Counted from the stretch's first letter, positions 39,158-49,273 are shown. The stretch: 64,000 nt of DNA from Roseateles sp. (GCF_019237615.1 NZ_JAFAGT010000014.1:5805-69804), one strand, 5' to 3'. The notes: generated from the sequence alone by a model not told the origin. Numbers and translations are program-made.

Positions 39158-40281
39158 AGACCGTGCGGCACCTGCTCTACAAGGACATCGTCGGCTCGGT
39201 CGTGCTCGTCGCGCTGGCCTTCATGGCGCTGTTCTTCTTCTTCGACTTCGTCGACGAACTGGACCGCATGGCCCGCATCGGCGTCGGCGGGGCCAAGGCC
39301 GCGCTGCTCGCCGCGATGGAGCTGCCCGGCCATTTCTACGAGCTCTTCCCCATCGCCGTGCTGATCGGCGCCATCATCGCGCTGGCGCGTCTGGCGCAGA
39401 GCAGCGAGTTCACCATCCTGCGCACCGGCGGCCTGGGGCCTGCGCGGGCGCTGGCGCTGCTGGCCGGCCTGGCCACGCTGTTCGCGGTGCTGACCTTCGT
39501 TATCGGCGACTACGTGGCACCGCAGTTCGAGCGCAAGGGCGACGACATGCGCGCCCTCTTCAGCCACGATGCCAACCCCGACAAGCGCGGCGCCTGGCTG
39601 AAGGACCACCTGAAGGTGGATGGCCAGGAGCGCAGCTACTCGGTCAAGGTCGGCCGCGTCGGCGGCAGCGGCGCGCTGGAGGACGTGCGCATCTTCGAGT
39701 TCGATGCCGAAGGCCGGCTGATGTCGCGCACCGAGGCCGAGAACGCCGACGTCGATGCCCGCGGGCTCTGGCATCTGCAGAAGGTCAAGCGCACGGTATG
39801 GAACCCTGGCGCAGCCGCGGACGCCAGCCCCGTGGGCGAGGTCGTCGTCAGCGAGCAGCAGCTCGACAAACTCGATTGGCAAAGCTCGCTGCACGCCGGC
39901 GTCATCGCCGCGGCCGTGCTGCCCGCCATGTCGATGTCGACAATGGAGCTCTACCGCTACACCAAGCATCTGTCGGCCCAGGAGCAGTCGGCCCAGGCCC
40001 ACAACATCCAGTTCTGGCGCAAGGCCTTCTATCCCTTCGCCTGCTTCGTCATGGTGGCGCTGGCCCTGCCCTTCGCCTACCTGCACGGCCGCTCGGGCGG
40101 CATCAGCATCAAGGTCTTCGGCGGCATCATGCTCGGCATCAGCTTCATGCTGCTGAACAACGTGGCCGGCCACCTCGGGCTGCTGAGGAACTGGACCCCC
40201 TGGATCGTGGCGGCCGCGCCCAGCCTGCTCTATTTCGGCCTGTCGATGGCGGCCTTCACCTGGCTCGTACGCTACCGCTGA
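39154..40281 (+). CDS. lptG: LPS export ABC transporter permease LptG
   Basis: MKTVRHLLYKDIVGSVVLVALAFMALFFFFDFVDEL. ATGA overlap with lptF. Confidence 0.9.
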   Translation: MKTVRHLLYKDIVGSVVLVALAFMALFFFFDFVDELDRMARIGVGGAKAALLAAMELPGHFYELFPIAVLIGAIIALARLAQSSEFTILRTGGLGPARALALLAGLATLFAVLTFVIGDYVAPQFERKGDDMRALFSHDANPDKRGAWLKDHLKVDGQERSYSVKVGRVGGSGALEDVRIFEFDAEGRLMSRTEAENADVDARGLWHLQKVKRTVWNPGAAADASPVGEVVVSEQQLDKLDWQSSLHAGVIAAAVLPAMSMSTMELYRYTKHLSAQEQSAQAHNIQFWRKAFYPFACFVMVALALPFAYLHGRSGGISIKVFGGIMLGISFMLLNNVAGHLGLLRNWTPWIVAAAPSLLYFGLSMAAFTWLVRYR

Positions 40282-40649
40282 TGGACGGCCTGCTGCTCTT
40301 CGCCCACGGCGCGCGCGACCCGGCATGGGCCGGGCCCTTCGAGCGGGTCGCAGAACGCTTGCGCACCGCGCGGCCGCAGACGCCGCTGGCGCTGGCCTAT
40401 CTGGAGTTCATGTCGCCCGGCATCGAGGAGGCCGCCGAAGCGCTGGCCGCGACCGGCTGCACGCGCGTGCATGTGCTGCCGCTGTTCCTCGGCACCGGCG
40501 GCCACGTGCGCCGCGACGTGCCGCCCCTGCTCGACAGCCTGCGCCAGCGCCATGGCGATGCCGTCGAATGGCTGCTGCACCCCCCCGTTGGCGAGCACGA
40601 GGCCGTGCTCCAGGCCATGTGCGACGCCTGCCTGCTCACACTGACATGA
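40281..40649 (+). CDS. CbiX/SirB-like (sirohydrochlorin chelatase-type) protein
   Basis: Internal start MDGLLLFAHGARDP... (TGATG overlap with lptG). Contains VHVLPLFLGTGGHV. 122 aa. Confidence 0.7.
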   Translation: MDGLLLFAHGARDPAWAGPFERVAERLRTARPQTPLALAYLEFMSPGIEEAAEALAATGCTRVHVLPLFLGTGGHVRRDVPPLLDSLRQRHGDAVEWLLHPPVGEHEAVLQAMCDACLLTLT

Positions 40650-41590
40650 ACCTCCACCAATTCCGCTTCGTCCAGGAAGCCGCCCGCCGCAACCTCAACC
40701 TCACCGAGACGGCCAAGGCGCTGTTCACGTCCCAGCCGGGCGTGTCCAAGGCCATCCTCGAGCTGGAGGAGGAGCTGGGCGTGGACATCTTCTCGCGCCA
40801 CGGCAAGCGGCTGCGCCGCATCACCGAGCCGGGCCAGCAGGTGCTGGCCTGCATCGAGATCATCCTGCGCGAGGTCGGCAATCTGAAGCGCATCGGCGAG
40901 GAGTATTCGCGCCAGGACAGCGGCACCTTCTCCATCGCGACCACCCACACGCAGGCGCGCTATGTGCTGCCCGCACCGGTCGCGCAGCTGCGCAAGAACC
41001 TGCCGCAGTTGCGCATCAGTCTGCACCAGGGCAGCCCCGACCAGGTCGTCAAGATGCTGCTGGACGAGACGGCCGACCTCGGCCTCGCGACCGAGTCGCT
41101 GGCGCAATACCCCGAGCTCGTCACCCTGCCCTGCTACGAATGGCAGCATGTGATGGTGGTGCCGCGCGACCACCCGCTGGCCACGACCGAACGCATCAGC
41201 CTGGAGCAGCTGGCCGGCGAACCGCTGGTCTCCTACCACCCCAGCTTCACGGGCCGCACCCGCATCGACAAGGCCTTCGCTGCGCGCCACCTCACGCCCA
41301 ACGTCGTGCTGGAGGCCATCGACTCCGACGTCATCAAGACCTATGTGCGGCTGGGCATGGGCGTGGGCATCGTGGCCGAGATGGCAATGCGCGAGGAGCC
41401 CGCGGGCAGCGACCTCGTCGCGCGGCCGCTGGGCACGCTGCTGGGCAGCAACGTGACTCGCATCGCCTTCAAGCGCGGCGCCTATCTGCGCAACTACGTG
41501 TACAGCTTCGCCGAGCTGCTGTCCGAGCGGCTGAGCCGCAAGCTCATCGAGAAGGCCATGAACGGCGACTCGACCGATTTCGGCCTCTGA
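40646..41590 (+). CDS. cysB: LysR-family transcriptional regulator, CysB/Cbl type
   Basis: MNLHQFRFVQEAARRNLNLTETAKALFTSQPGVSK, ATTHTQARYVLP, LPCYEWQH and DSDVIKTYVRLGMGVGI are near-colinear with E. coli CysB as I recall it. ATGA overlap with the previous gene. Confidence 0.9.
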   Translation: MNLHQFRFVQEAARRNLNLTETAKALFTSQPGVSKAILELEEELGVDIFSRHGKRLRRITEPGQQVLACIEIILREVGNLKRIGEEYSRQDSGTFSIATTHTQARYVLPAPVAQLRKNLPQLRISLHQGSPDQVVKMLLDETADLGLATESLAQYPELVTLPCYEWQHVMVVPRDHPLATTERISLEQLAGEPLVSYHPSFTGRTRIDKAFAARHLTPNVVLEAIDSDVIKTYVRLGMGVGIVAEMAMREEPAGSDLVARPLGTLLGSNVTRIAFKRGAYLRNYVYSFAELLSERLSRKLIEKAMNGDSTDFGL

Positions 41591-41650
41591 GCTGGGGCCG
41601 GGAACCGGCCCGGCGCATGCTGCCGACACGCGGTCGGCGGGCGTGAACTC

Positions 41651-43336
41651 TCAGCCGCCGGGGGCGGCATCCATCGGCAGCATCAGGTCTACCTCGTCAC
41701 TGCGCAAGCCGGCTTCGAAGAGGTCGCGCGCCACGCCGTAGAGCATCAGCAGGTCGCGGTAGGCCGGCAGATCGAAGCGGGGCACGCCGGGGCCGCCGCC
41801 CTGGGCCAGCAGCTCCTGCAACAACTTCATCGCGGCCGCGGGATCGGCCCAGGCCATCTGCAGACGGGCGATGACGCTCGGACAGCCATCCAGGCTGCGG
41901 CCGTGCGACAGGCTCTGCGCCCATTGCGGCGCCGGCCTGCCGAAGCGCTGCTCGAACTGCCTGGCCTGCTCGGCAAACACCTCGGCGTCGCCGCGCTGCT
42001 GCCCAAGCTCCAGCAGCAGCAGATAGGGCATGGCGCCCCCCTGGCCGCGCGCCAGCCGCCCCGCAAGCAGGTCGGCCGCAGCCTCGTGCTGGCCCAGCAG
42101 ATGCAGGAAATCGACCTGCTGCTGCAGATCCAGCAACTCGTCGGCGATGCTCAGCTCGCTGGACAACAGCGGCGCGGTGGCGGCCTGGATCGGCGACGGC
42201 TGGGCGGCCCCCGTGTCCGGCGCGGCAGCTGCCGGCGGCCAGGGCATGGGCCGTGGCTGGGGCTGCGTGATCTGGTGCTGGCTCTCGTCCGCGAAGGCCG
42301 GGGCCAGGCCGACGGCAGATGGCGTCGCACCGGGCACAGGCGTGGTGGAAGCCCCCCCCGCCCCCTCGGCCGCATGCAGTGCGCGCCAGTAGGCGAGTTC
42401 GCCGCGGGCGCGCTGGTCGCGCCAGCGGCTCAGGTAGAAGGCCGCCGAACCCGCGAGCAGGCTCATCGCCAGCGTCAGCAGCCAGGTCATGGGCTCACGG
42501 TAGGGCGGGGTCCGCGCGCCATGCACGACGGCGGCGGACTCGGGCGCGGGCGCGGGCGCGACAGCCGACGCGGCGGGCTGCGCCTGGCTTGCCGCGGAGG
42601 CGGCCTGCGCCTCGGCCTGCTGACGCGCCAGCAGCTCGGTGCGCAACTGGGCCACGGTCTGCTCGAGCTGGCTGATCTGGGCCTCGATCTCCGGCGTCAG
42701 CTCCATCTCCGGCGCGCGGGTGGCCGGCTTCGCAGGCCGGAGCACTTCGGCGACCAACACCTCGGGCCGGTCCAGCGTGAGGCGGGGGCCGGCCGGCCGC
42801 GGCCTGGCGGGCAGGCGCGGCCTGGGCGGCGCGACAGGCAGGTCGGCCTGTGGACGCGGCGCCGCTTCCACGGCCGTCGGGGGCACGAACAAGGGCACCG
42901 GCGGCGGCGGCAGGGACGGCGACGGCGCGACGGCGAGTTGGGTCGGCGGGTCCACGAAGACGTTGAACTCGCGCGTCAGTCGCAGCGGGCAGCCCAGGGC
43001 CAGCGTGATGCGCAGCGTCGGCTCGTCGATGCGGGCCTGGCTCTGCAGGCGCAGGTACTGCTGGCCCGGCTCGCCCTCCAGGCGCAGTTGCAGCAGCCCC
43101 GCCGGCACCCGCGCATCGCCTGCAACGACCTCCGCGCGCATGCAGGAGTCGGTGAGCCGCTCGCCATCCGCCAACGTCAGCGGGACGCTGACGTCCAGCG
43201 GCTTGCCCAGCGGCGAATGGACCTGCGGCCGACCCAACCCCAGGGCCGGGGCCTCCTGCGAAGGCAGGCCGAGCAGCAATGCCAAGGCGGGTGTGAGGGC
43301 ACCCAACAACGTCGGGCGCGGGGCCGTGGTGGGCAT
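41651..43336 (-). CDS. FimV N-terminal-domain protein (FimV/HubP-like)
   Basis: Signal peptide, then ALGLGRPQVHSPLGKPLDVSVPL...EPTLRITLALGCPLRLTREFNVFVDPP (FimV N-domain pattern). This is followed by a Pro/Ala-rich linker, a coiled coil, a TM segment and a TPR-like C-terminus. Confidence 0.65.
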   Translation of the reverse strand: MPTTAPRPTLLGALTPALALLLGLPSQEAPALGLGRPQVHSPLGKPLDVSVPLTLADGERLTDSCMRAEVVAGDARVPAGLLQLRLEGEPGQQYLRLQSQARIDEPTLRITLALGCPLRLTREFNVFVDPPTQLAVAPSPSLPPPPVPLFVPPTAVEAAPRPQADLPVAPPRPRLPARPRPAGPRLTLDRPEVLVAEVLRPAKPATRAPEMELTPEIEAQISQLEQTVAQLRTELLARQQAEAQAASAASQAQPAASAVAPAPAPESAAVVHGARTPPYREPMTWLLTLAMSLLAGSAAFYLSRWRDQRARGELAYWRALHAAEGAGGASTTPVPGATPSAVGLAPAFADESQHQITQPQPRPMPWPPAAAAPDTGAAQPSPIQAATAPLLSSELSIADELLDLQQQVDFLHLLGQHEAAADLLAGRLARGQGGAMPYLLLLELGQQRGDAEVFAEQARQFEQRFGRPAPQWAQSLSHGRSLDGCPSVIARLQMAWADPAAAMKLLQELLAQGGGPGVPRFDLPAYRDLLMLYGVARDLFEAGLRSDEVDLMLPMDAAPGG

Positions 43337-43450
43337 TGACTACAGGCGGCTGGGGATGCGGTTGAACGAGGGGGTGGAGACAGCGCGGATCACTCTAGCA
43401 TGTGGGCATACGCCGCCGCCCCCGCTAGCAGGGGGGCCCCGGGCGGCACA

Positions 43451-44167
43451 ATGCCCCGAGCCATGAACGCACTCAGCCTCACTCCCGCCGAACGCCAGCA
43501 GATCGACCAGGGCGCCTGGTTCTCCAAGTTGTCCGAGCCGCTGCGCAACGACATCCTGCAGCGCGCCTTCGTGCGCCGCCTGGCCGACGAGACCATGCTC
43601 TCCCACCGCGGCGAGCCCGCCGAGGAATGGTGTGGGGTCGCCAAGGGAGCGGTACGCGTCAGCTCCGTGTCGCTGGCGGGCAAGCAGATCTCGCTGACCT
43701 ATGTCGAGCCCGGCACCTGGTTCGGCGACATCGCCCTCTTCGATGGCCTGCCCCGCACCCATGATGCCTACGCCCACGGGGACACGACGCTGCTGTGCGT
43801 GCGCAAGTCCGACTTCCGCGCGCTGCTGCAGGCCCACTCCGAGCTCTACGACGCGCTGCTGCGCCTGAACTGCCGCCGCCTGCGCCTGATGTTCGACATG
43901 ATCGAGGACCTCAACACCCGGCCCCTCGCGGCCCGCCTGGCCAAGCAGGTGCTGCTGCTGGCGCGCTCCTACGGGGTTCTGGAGGGCGACGAGATCCGCA
44001 TCGGCCTGCAGCTCGCCCAGGAAGACCTGGCTCAGTTGCTGGGCGCTTCGCGGCAGCGCGTCAACCAGGAGCTCAAGGCCTTCGAGCGCGAGGGCGCCGT
44101 GCGCGTGGAGCCGACGCGCCTGGTCGTGCTGAGCCGCGACAAGCTGCTCGCGGCGGCCGCCCGCTGA
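43451..44167 (+). CDS. Crp/Fnr-family transcriptional regulator
   Basis: cNMP-binding fold (GTWFGDIALFDG) and C-terminal HTH (QEDLAQLLGASRQRVNQELKAFEREG). Start is 43451 or 43463. Confidence 0.85.
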   Translation: MPRAMNALSLTPAERQQIDQGAWFSKLSEPLRNDILQRAFVRRLADETMLSHRGEPAEEWCGVAKGAVRVSSVSLAGKQISLTYVEPGTWFGDIALFDGLPRTHDAYAHGDTTLLCVRKSDFRALLQAHSELYDALLRLNCRRLRLMFDMIEDLNTRPLAARLAKQVLLLARSYGVLEGDEIRIGLQLAQEDLAQLLGASRQRVNQELKAFEREGAVRVEPTRLVVLSRDKLLAAAAR

Positions 44168-44246
44168 GGCTGGCGCGCAGGAGACAGTCCCGCCGCCCCC
44201 CGCCTCCCACAATGGAAAGTTCGCGCCCCTCAAAACGACGACCTCC

Positions 44247-45320
44247 ATGGAAGCATTCACCGGCACCCGTCCCCTCGCCCAACCGCTGGACAGCGAGCGC
44301 CTCGCGGCCTGGCTGTCCGCCCATGTCGACGGCTTCGCCGGCCCGCTGAGCCTCGAGCAGTTCAAGGGCGGCCAGTCCAACCCCACCTATCTGCTGACGA
44401 CGCCGGGCGCCCGCTATGTGATGCGCAGCAAGCCCGCCCCTGTGGCGAAGCTGCTGCCGTCGGCCCATGCCATCGAGCGGGAGTTCCAGGTCATGGGTGC
44501 CCTAGCCGGCACCGACGTGCCCGTGCCGGCCATGCTCGCGCTGTGCGAGGACGAGGGCGTCATCGGCCGCGCCTTCTACGTCATGGAGTTCATGCCCGGC
44601 CGCGTGCTGTGGGACCAGAGCCTGCCCGGCATGGACAACGCCGAGCGCGCCGCCCTGTACGACGAGATGAACCGCGTCATCGCGGCGCTGCACCAGGTGG
44701 ACTTCAAGGCCCGCGGCCTGGCGTCCTACGGCAAGCCGGGCAACTACTTCGAGCGCCAGATCGGTCGATGGAGCAAGCAGTACCTGGCCTCCATCACCGA
44801 TCCCAACCCGGCCATGGACGCGCTGCTGGCCTGGCTGCCGGCCCACATCCCGGCGTCGGCCCGCGATGAGAGCGAGATCAGCATCGTCCATGGCGACTAC
44901 CGCATGGACAACGTCGTCTTCCACCCCACCGAGCCACGCATCATCGCAGTGCTGGACTGGGAGCTGTCCACGCTGGGCCATCCGCTGGCGGACTTCAGCT
45001 ACCACTGCATGAGCTGGCACATCCAGACCTCGGGCGCCGCGCGCGGCCTGGGCGGCAAGAACCTCGCAGAGCTGGGCATCCCGAGCGAACGCGACTACGT
45101 GCAGCGCTACTGCGAGCGCACCGGCCGCGCCGACGCGGGCGCCGTCATGGCCGACTGGAACTTCTACATGGCCTACAACATGTTCCGCATCGCGGCCATC
45201 GTGCAGGGCATCGCCAAGCGCGTGGTGGACGGCACCGCCTCCAGCGCCCAGGCCCGGGAGACGGCCGCCAGCGCCAGGCCGCTGGCCGAGTTGGCCTGGC
45301 GCTTCGCGCAAAAGGCCTGA
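44247..45320 (+). CDS. phosphotransferase-family (APH-like kinase fold) protein
   Basis: FKGGQSNPTYLL, IVHGDYRMDNVVF and AVLDWELSTLGHP motifs. Confidence 0.8.
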   Translation: MEAFTGTRPLAQPLDSERLAAWLSAHVDGFAGPLSLEQFKGGQSNPTYLLTTPGARYVMRSKPAPVAKLLPSAHAIEREFQVMGALAGTDVPVPAMLALCEDEGVIGRAFYVMEFMPGRVLWDQSLPGMDNAERAALYDEMNRVIAALHQVDFKARGLASYGKPGNYFERQIGRWSKQYLASITDPNPAMDALLAWLPAHIPASARDESEISIVHGDYRMDNVVFHPTEPRIIAVLDWELSTLGHPLADFSYHCMSWHIQTSGAARGLGGKNLAELGIPSERDYVQRYCERTGRADAGAVMADWNFYMAYNMFRIAAIVQGIAKRVVDGTASSAQARETAASARPLAELAWRFAQKA

Positions 45321-45860
45321 ACGGGCGCATCCGCCTTGCGGGCCGAGCGCCGGCCCGCTACCAGGCCGGCCCGCCTTGGGCGAGGTGCCTGCCGATCGAG
45401 CCGGCAGGCATCCCCGTCCCCGCGGGCGTTGGGGTCGGGCGCATTGCGCCCAGTGGGCACCATGCGCCTGTCAAAGGGCAGCGGCGTAAGACGTGGCGCG
45501 GCCTGCAAAACCGACCGGACTGACCCAGTTCAGCGGGGCGAGGCAGGGCGAGGGGCTGTCAGCTCACCATGACGATCAGATCCGGCACCACTTCGACGGG
45601 CTCGATCGGCACCACCTCATCGGGTCGGACTTCGACCTTCCAACCAACGATCCACCGTTCTGACGCACCTGCCGCGTCGACGAAAACAGCGCCAGTTCAC
45701 CCCCGGCGGCATTGTTCTTCGCGCCCGCGCCACCCGCCCCTGGCCTCCCCAAGGCGCGCGGCCTTCCCGATTCGTCATGGGACACCGAGCTCTGTTCGCC
45801 CTCGAATAGCTTGGGGTCCTGAGTCGAAATCTACGCGGGACGTAACAAGTCCCATCGTCG

Positions 45861-46259
45861 TCAAAGCCAGTTTTCCACTGTCAAGCCACTTACGCGGCTG
45901 AACTCCCGCGTGTTGTCCGTCACAAGCGTCAAGCCCAGCGCACAGGCTTGCGCTGCGATCAGCAGGTCGCTTGAACCGATGGGCTGGCCGGCCGCCTCCA
46001 ATTTCGCGCGAATGCCACCATATTCAGCGTCGGACGGTACGTCCAGCGGCAATACGGGAATCGTCGCCAGTACCCCTTCTACCTTGGCGAGCAGCTTGGG
46101 AGAACCTTTCTTCGCGCAACCGTAGCGCAGTTCTCCTGCAACGATGATGCTGGTGAAAATCCCTTTGGCTCCGACCCGCTCAACGCGCCGCGCTGCGGCC
46201 CCATCCGGGTTGCGGATCAAGTCGCTGATGATGTTGGTGTCCAGCAGGTAGCCGCTCAA
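45861..46259 (-). CDS. vapC: PIN-domain toxin VapC
   Basis: MSGYLLDTNIISDL..., SIIVAGELRYG and DLLIAAQA motifs. 4-nt overlap with the upstream antitoxin. Confidence 0.85.
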   Translation of the reverse strand: MSGYLLDTNIISDLIRNPDGAAARRVERVGAKGIFTSIIVAGELRYGCAKKGSPKLLAKVEGVLATIPVLPLDVPSDAEYGGIRAKLEAAGQPIGSSDLLIAAQACALGLTLVTDNTREFSRVSGLTVENWL

Positions 46260-46528
46260 AAGATGTCCTCCGGCTGGGCGGGCGTATCGTCGATGGCTGG
46301 GAACAGGTCTTCAGGTGAGAGCGGTGGTTCCTTCCGCCACTCGGCCAGCAATTCGACGATGTTGGTGGGCTTGGCAATTGGTTCAATGATGAGCCTGCCG
46401 CCTTCGCGGTGAATCAGCACGCGATCCCCCTGCAGTTCGAACTCTGCAGGAATGCGCACCGCTTGACTGCGGTTGTTTCGGAACAGCTTGGCCTCGCGGG
46501 GACGAGAGGTGACGGTTGGGGTGGGCAT
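46256..46528 (-). CDS. vapB: antitoxin VapB (AbrB/SpoVT-like)
   Basis: Start ATG 46528 with GGAGG 6 nt upstream. AKLFRNNRSQAVRIPAEFEL matches the swapped-hairpin antitoxin pattern. 90 aa. Confidence 0.8.
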   Translation of the reverse strand: MPTPTVTSRPREAKLFRNNRSQAVRIPAEFELQGDRVLIHREGGRLIIEPIAKPTNIVELLAEWRKEPPLSPEDLFPAIDDTPAQPEDIF

Positions 46529-46754
46529 GGCAACCTCCACTGGCATATGCCGAATTGTATATGCCAAGCCCGTGCCAATGCGCCAGCGTTTGGCCACCGG
46601 TCAAACACGAGTCAGACGGCCGTCATGACCAGATCAATCGCCGTTCTTGTTTCGGCCCACCGCTTCGCGGCGCGCCAGCGTCGGCTCAAGTTGACCTTGG
46701 TCAGACTGAACACACGGCCGCCAGTCCCCGCGGGATCAAGCGGGGCCGAACTTC

Positions 46755-47492
46755 CTAGTAGACGTCGCCCGGGCGCGTCGAAGGCGTGAAGGCGATGGAC
46801 GTCGTGGTCGGCCACGCGCCGGCGTCGGCCACCCGGCTGTTCAGGCGCATCGCCGCGCGAGCCGCAACTTCGAGCAGCCGCACCAGACCCTGCAGCTTGG
46901 GCAGATCGGCCTCGCTCATCTCGGTGCGCAGATAGAGGTTGCCCCGCATGCACATCAGCACGAAGGGATGGCCCTCGGGCAGCAAGTCCTGGCTGGCCTG
47001 TACGAAGGCCTCGCCCAGTTCGCCCTCGATCCACGCGCTGGTCAGTTCCTTGGTCACGCCGACGATGCCGTAGCGCTGACGCAGGATCTGCGAGGAGGCG
47101 TTGTTGAACTTGGGGAACATCACCAGCCAGCGCATTTCCTCCGGCGTGTCGGTATCGACCCGGGTCTTGAGCGTGTCAGTGTAGGCCTCGAAGACGGCGC
47201 GCTCCAGGTTCTCCATCAGCATGCGGCACAGCACCATGAACTGCAGGTCCGGGTGCAGGCCCACCTCGCAGCGCATGCGCAGCTCGGTGCCGAGCAGGTA
47301 GCTGCGCTGGGACGGCCCCCATTCGATGCGCAGCGGGCCCGGGACGACCTGCCTGGCCTCGATGAGAAAGCCCAGGCCGTCGCGGGCCTGAGTGAACTCG
47401 GCGTTGCGCGTCTCGGCCCAGTCCTGTATCGGACGCCAGCGCGCGGCGTTGGCGCGCGTCACGAGCCAATGCTTGACTTGCTTTACCACCAT
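46755..47492 (-). CDS. hypothetical protein, no domain recognised
   Basis: 245-aa ORF from ATG 47492, with balanced amino-acid composition unlike the GC artefact ORFs. Divergent from the GST gene. No motif I can name. Confidence 0.5.
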   Translation of the reverse strand: MVVKQVKHWLVTRANAARWRPIQDWAETRNAEFTQARDGLGFLIEARQVVPGPLRIEWGPSQRSYLLGTELRMRCEVGLHPDLQFMVLCRMLMENLERAVFEAYTDTLKTRVDTDTPEEMRWLVMFPKFNNASSQILRQRYGIVGVTKELTSAWIEGELGEAFVQASQDLLPEGHPFVLMCMRGNLYLRTEMSEADLPKLQGLVRLLEVAARAAMRLNSRVADAGAWPTTTSIAFTPSTRPGDVY

Positions 47493-47532
47493 GAGTCGTG
47501 AGAATTGGCCTGGTTGCTGATGGAGTCGACGA

Positions 47533-48225
47533 ATGATCGAAGTGTATTCATGGCCCACGCCCAACGGCCACAAGGTGCACATCATGCTGGAGGAGTGCGG
47601 CCTCGCCTACCGGGTCCATCCCGTGGACATCGGCGCCGGCGAGCAGTTCGCGCCGGCCTTCCTCGCCATCAGTCCCAACAACAAGATCCCCGCTATCACC
47701 GATCCCGACGGCCCGGACGGACAAGCCCTGTCGCTGTTCGAGAGCGGCGCCATCCTGCTCTACCTGGCCGGCAAGACGGGCCGGTTCCTGCCGGCCGACG
47801 TGCGCGGCAAATACGAGGTGCTGCAGTGGCTGATGTTCCAGACCGGCGGCATAGGGCCCATGCTGGGCCAGGCCCACCACTTCCGCATCTACGCGCCGCA
47901 GACCCTGCCCTATGCCGTCGAGCGCTACACCAACGAGGCCAGGCGGCTCTACGGCGTCCTCAACAAGCGGCTGGCCCACTCGACCTACATCGGCGGGCGC
48001 GACTACTCCATCGCCGACATGGCCGTCTTCCCCTGGCTGCGCTCCTGGAGGAACCAGGGCGTGGAGATGGCCGACTATCCGCACCTGAAGGGCTGGTTCG
48101 ACGAGGTCGCCAAGCGTCCGGCGGTGCAGCGCGGCGTCGCGGTGCTCGCCGGGGCGCGCAAGCCGCTGACGGACGACAAGGCGCGCGAGGTGCTGTTCGG
48201 CCAGCGCCAGCTCGAACAGCGCTAG
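47533..48225 (+). CDS. glutathione S-transferase, Nu class (YfcG/YghU-like)
   Basis: MIEVYSWPTPNGHKVHIMLEE, NPNNKIPAI and ESGAILLYLA motifs. Confidence 0.9.
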   Translation: MIEVYSWPTPNGHKVHIMLEECGLAYRVHPVDIGAGEQFAPAFLAISPNNKIPAITDPDGPDGQALSLFESGAILLYLAGKTGRFLPADVRGKYEVLQWLMFQTGGIGPMLGQAHHFRIYAPQTLPYAVERYTNEARRLYGVLNKRLAHSTYIGGRDYSIADMAVFPWLRSWRNQGVEMADYPHLKGWFDEVAKRPAVQRGVAVLAGARKPLTDDKAREVLFGQRQLEQR

Positions 48226-48953
48226 GGGCGCACGCCCGGCGGCTGCATAACCATGCCGGCCGAGCGGCGAGAGAGATACACCTCCAACGCCAGCAGCTCG
48301 GCGCTGTCCCAGTCCCGGACGCCGGCTCGCACGCCGCTCAGGCAGCCACGCAGACGGCGCTGCAGGCTGCCCAGGTCCTGCCATTCGAGGCGGTAGACCG
48401 GGTAGTCGTCCACATGGCCCTGGGGGATGAGGCTGCCGCCCAGGCGCAGGCCCGCGCGCTCGTCGTGGCATTGCGCGCAGGACAGGTTGAGGGCGCCGAT
48501 GCGCGTCGTGTAGAGGTGCCGGCCGCGGGCGGCGGCCTCGTCCAGCGCGGCGCCACGGGGCGGCTGCAGCGGCAGTCCGCGTGACTGCTGCGCCACCAGC
48601 GCCGCGAGCGCGAGCAGCGGCTCGGCCTCGGGAGCCCAGGCGGGCTGCTGCTGGTGGCGCACACGGCAGCGCTGGATGCGACCGGGCAGATCGAGCAGGC
48701 CCTGGTCCCAGGCCGGGTAGCGCGTCGCCGCGCCGCGCAACGCCTCGGGCTCGCCATGGCAGCCGGCGCAGGACCTGGCGCCTGCGCCCCACAGCTCGCG
48801 GCCCAGGGCCAGCGCGAGCTGGGCCGGATGCTGGGCATCGTCGGCCTGCAGCGTGCGCAGGGCCGGGCTCATGGTGTCGCGGCCGGAGCGGCGCGGATCG
48901 GGCTCGGCGGCGCTCGCGGCCAACGCGAGCAGGAGCAGCGGCCAGGCCCTCAT
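48222..48953 (-). CDS. soxA: dihaem c-type cytochrome SoxA-like
   Basis: Start ATG 48953 gives signal peptide MRAWPLLLLALAASAA. Two haem motifs CAGCH and CAQCH, and the conserved C-terminal RRLRGCLSGVR Cys. ATGA overlap with soxZ. Confidence 0.8.
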   Translation of the reverse strand: MRAWPLLLLALAASAAEPDPRRSGRDTMSPALRTLQADDAQHPAQLALALGRELWGAGARSCAGCHGEPEALRGAATRYPAWDQGLLDLPGRIQRCRVRHQQQPAWAPEAEPLLALAALVAQQSRGLPLQPPRGAALDEAAARGRHLYTTRIGALNLSCAQCHDERAGLRLGGSLIPQGHVDDYPVYRLEWQDLGSLQRRLRGCLSGVRAGVRDWDSAELLALEVYLSRRSAGMVMQPPGVRP

Positions 48954-49273
48954 GCGACGCTCAGTGCACGCGTCTCGCGATGCTCGAAGCCGTTGTCGCC
49001 GCGCCAGGCAAAGCTCAGCTCGCCGGAGGCGGCGGCCCGCAGCCAGAAGGCCAGGTAAGGGTTGGCCGAGACGGCGGCAAACAGGTCGGCGGCGAAGACG
49101 AGTTCGCCGTCCAGCCGGCACTCGAAGCGGCGCACGAGGTCGCGCTGCAGCCGGGTGCCGGCATCGCTGCTGCGGTAGCCGGTCTCCATCGCATGGGCCA
49201 CGGTGGCGCGCACCTCGAAGGCTTCGCCGGCCTTGACGCCGGCCGGCAGGGTGATGACGGCGCGGGTGGCCAT
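48950..49273 (-). CDS. soxZ: SoxZ-like sulfur-carrier complex subunit
   Basis: Start ATG 49273. AGEAFEVRATVAHAMETGYR, RFECRLDGELVFAADLFAAVSANPYLAF. 107 aa. Confidence 0.8.
   Translation of the reverse strand: MATRAVITLPAGVKAGEAFEVRATVAHAMETGYRSSDAGTRLQRDLVRRFECRLDGELVFAADLFAAVSANPYLAFWLRAAASGELSFAWRGDNGFEHRETRALSVA

Noticed and set aside
45569-45901. 110-aa plus-strand ORF next to vapC
   Set aside because: Pro/Arg/Ser/Thr-rich, overlaps the vapC 3' end, and has no RBS or motif.
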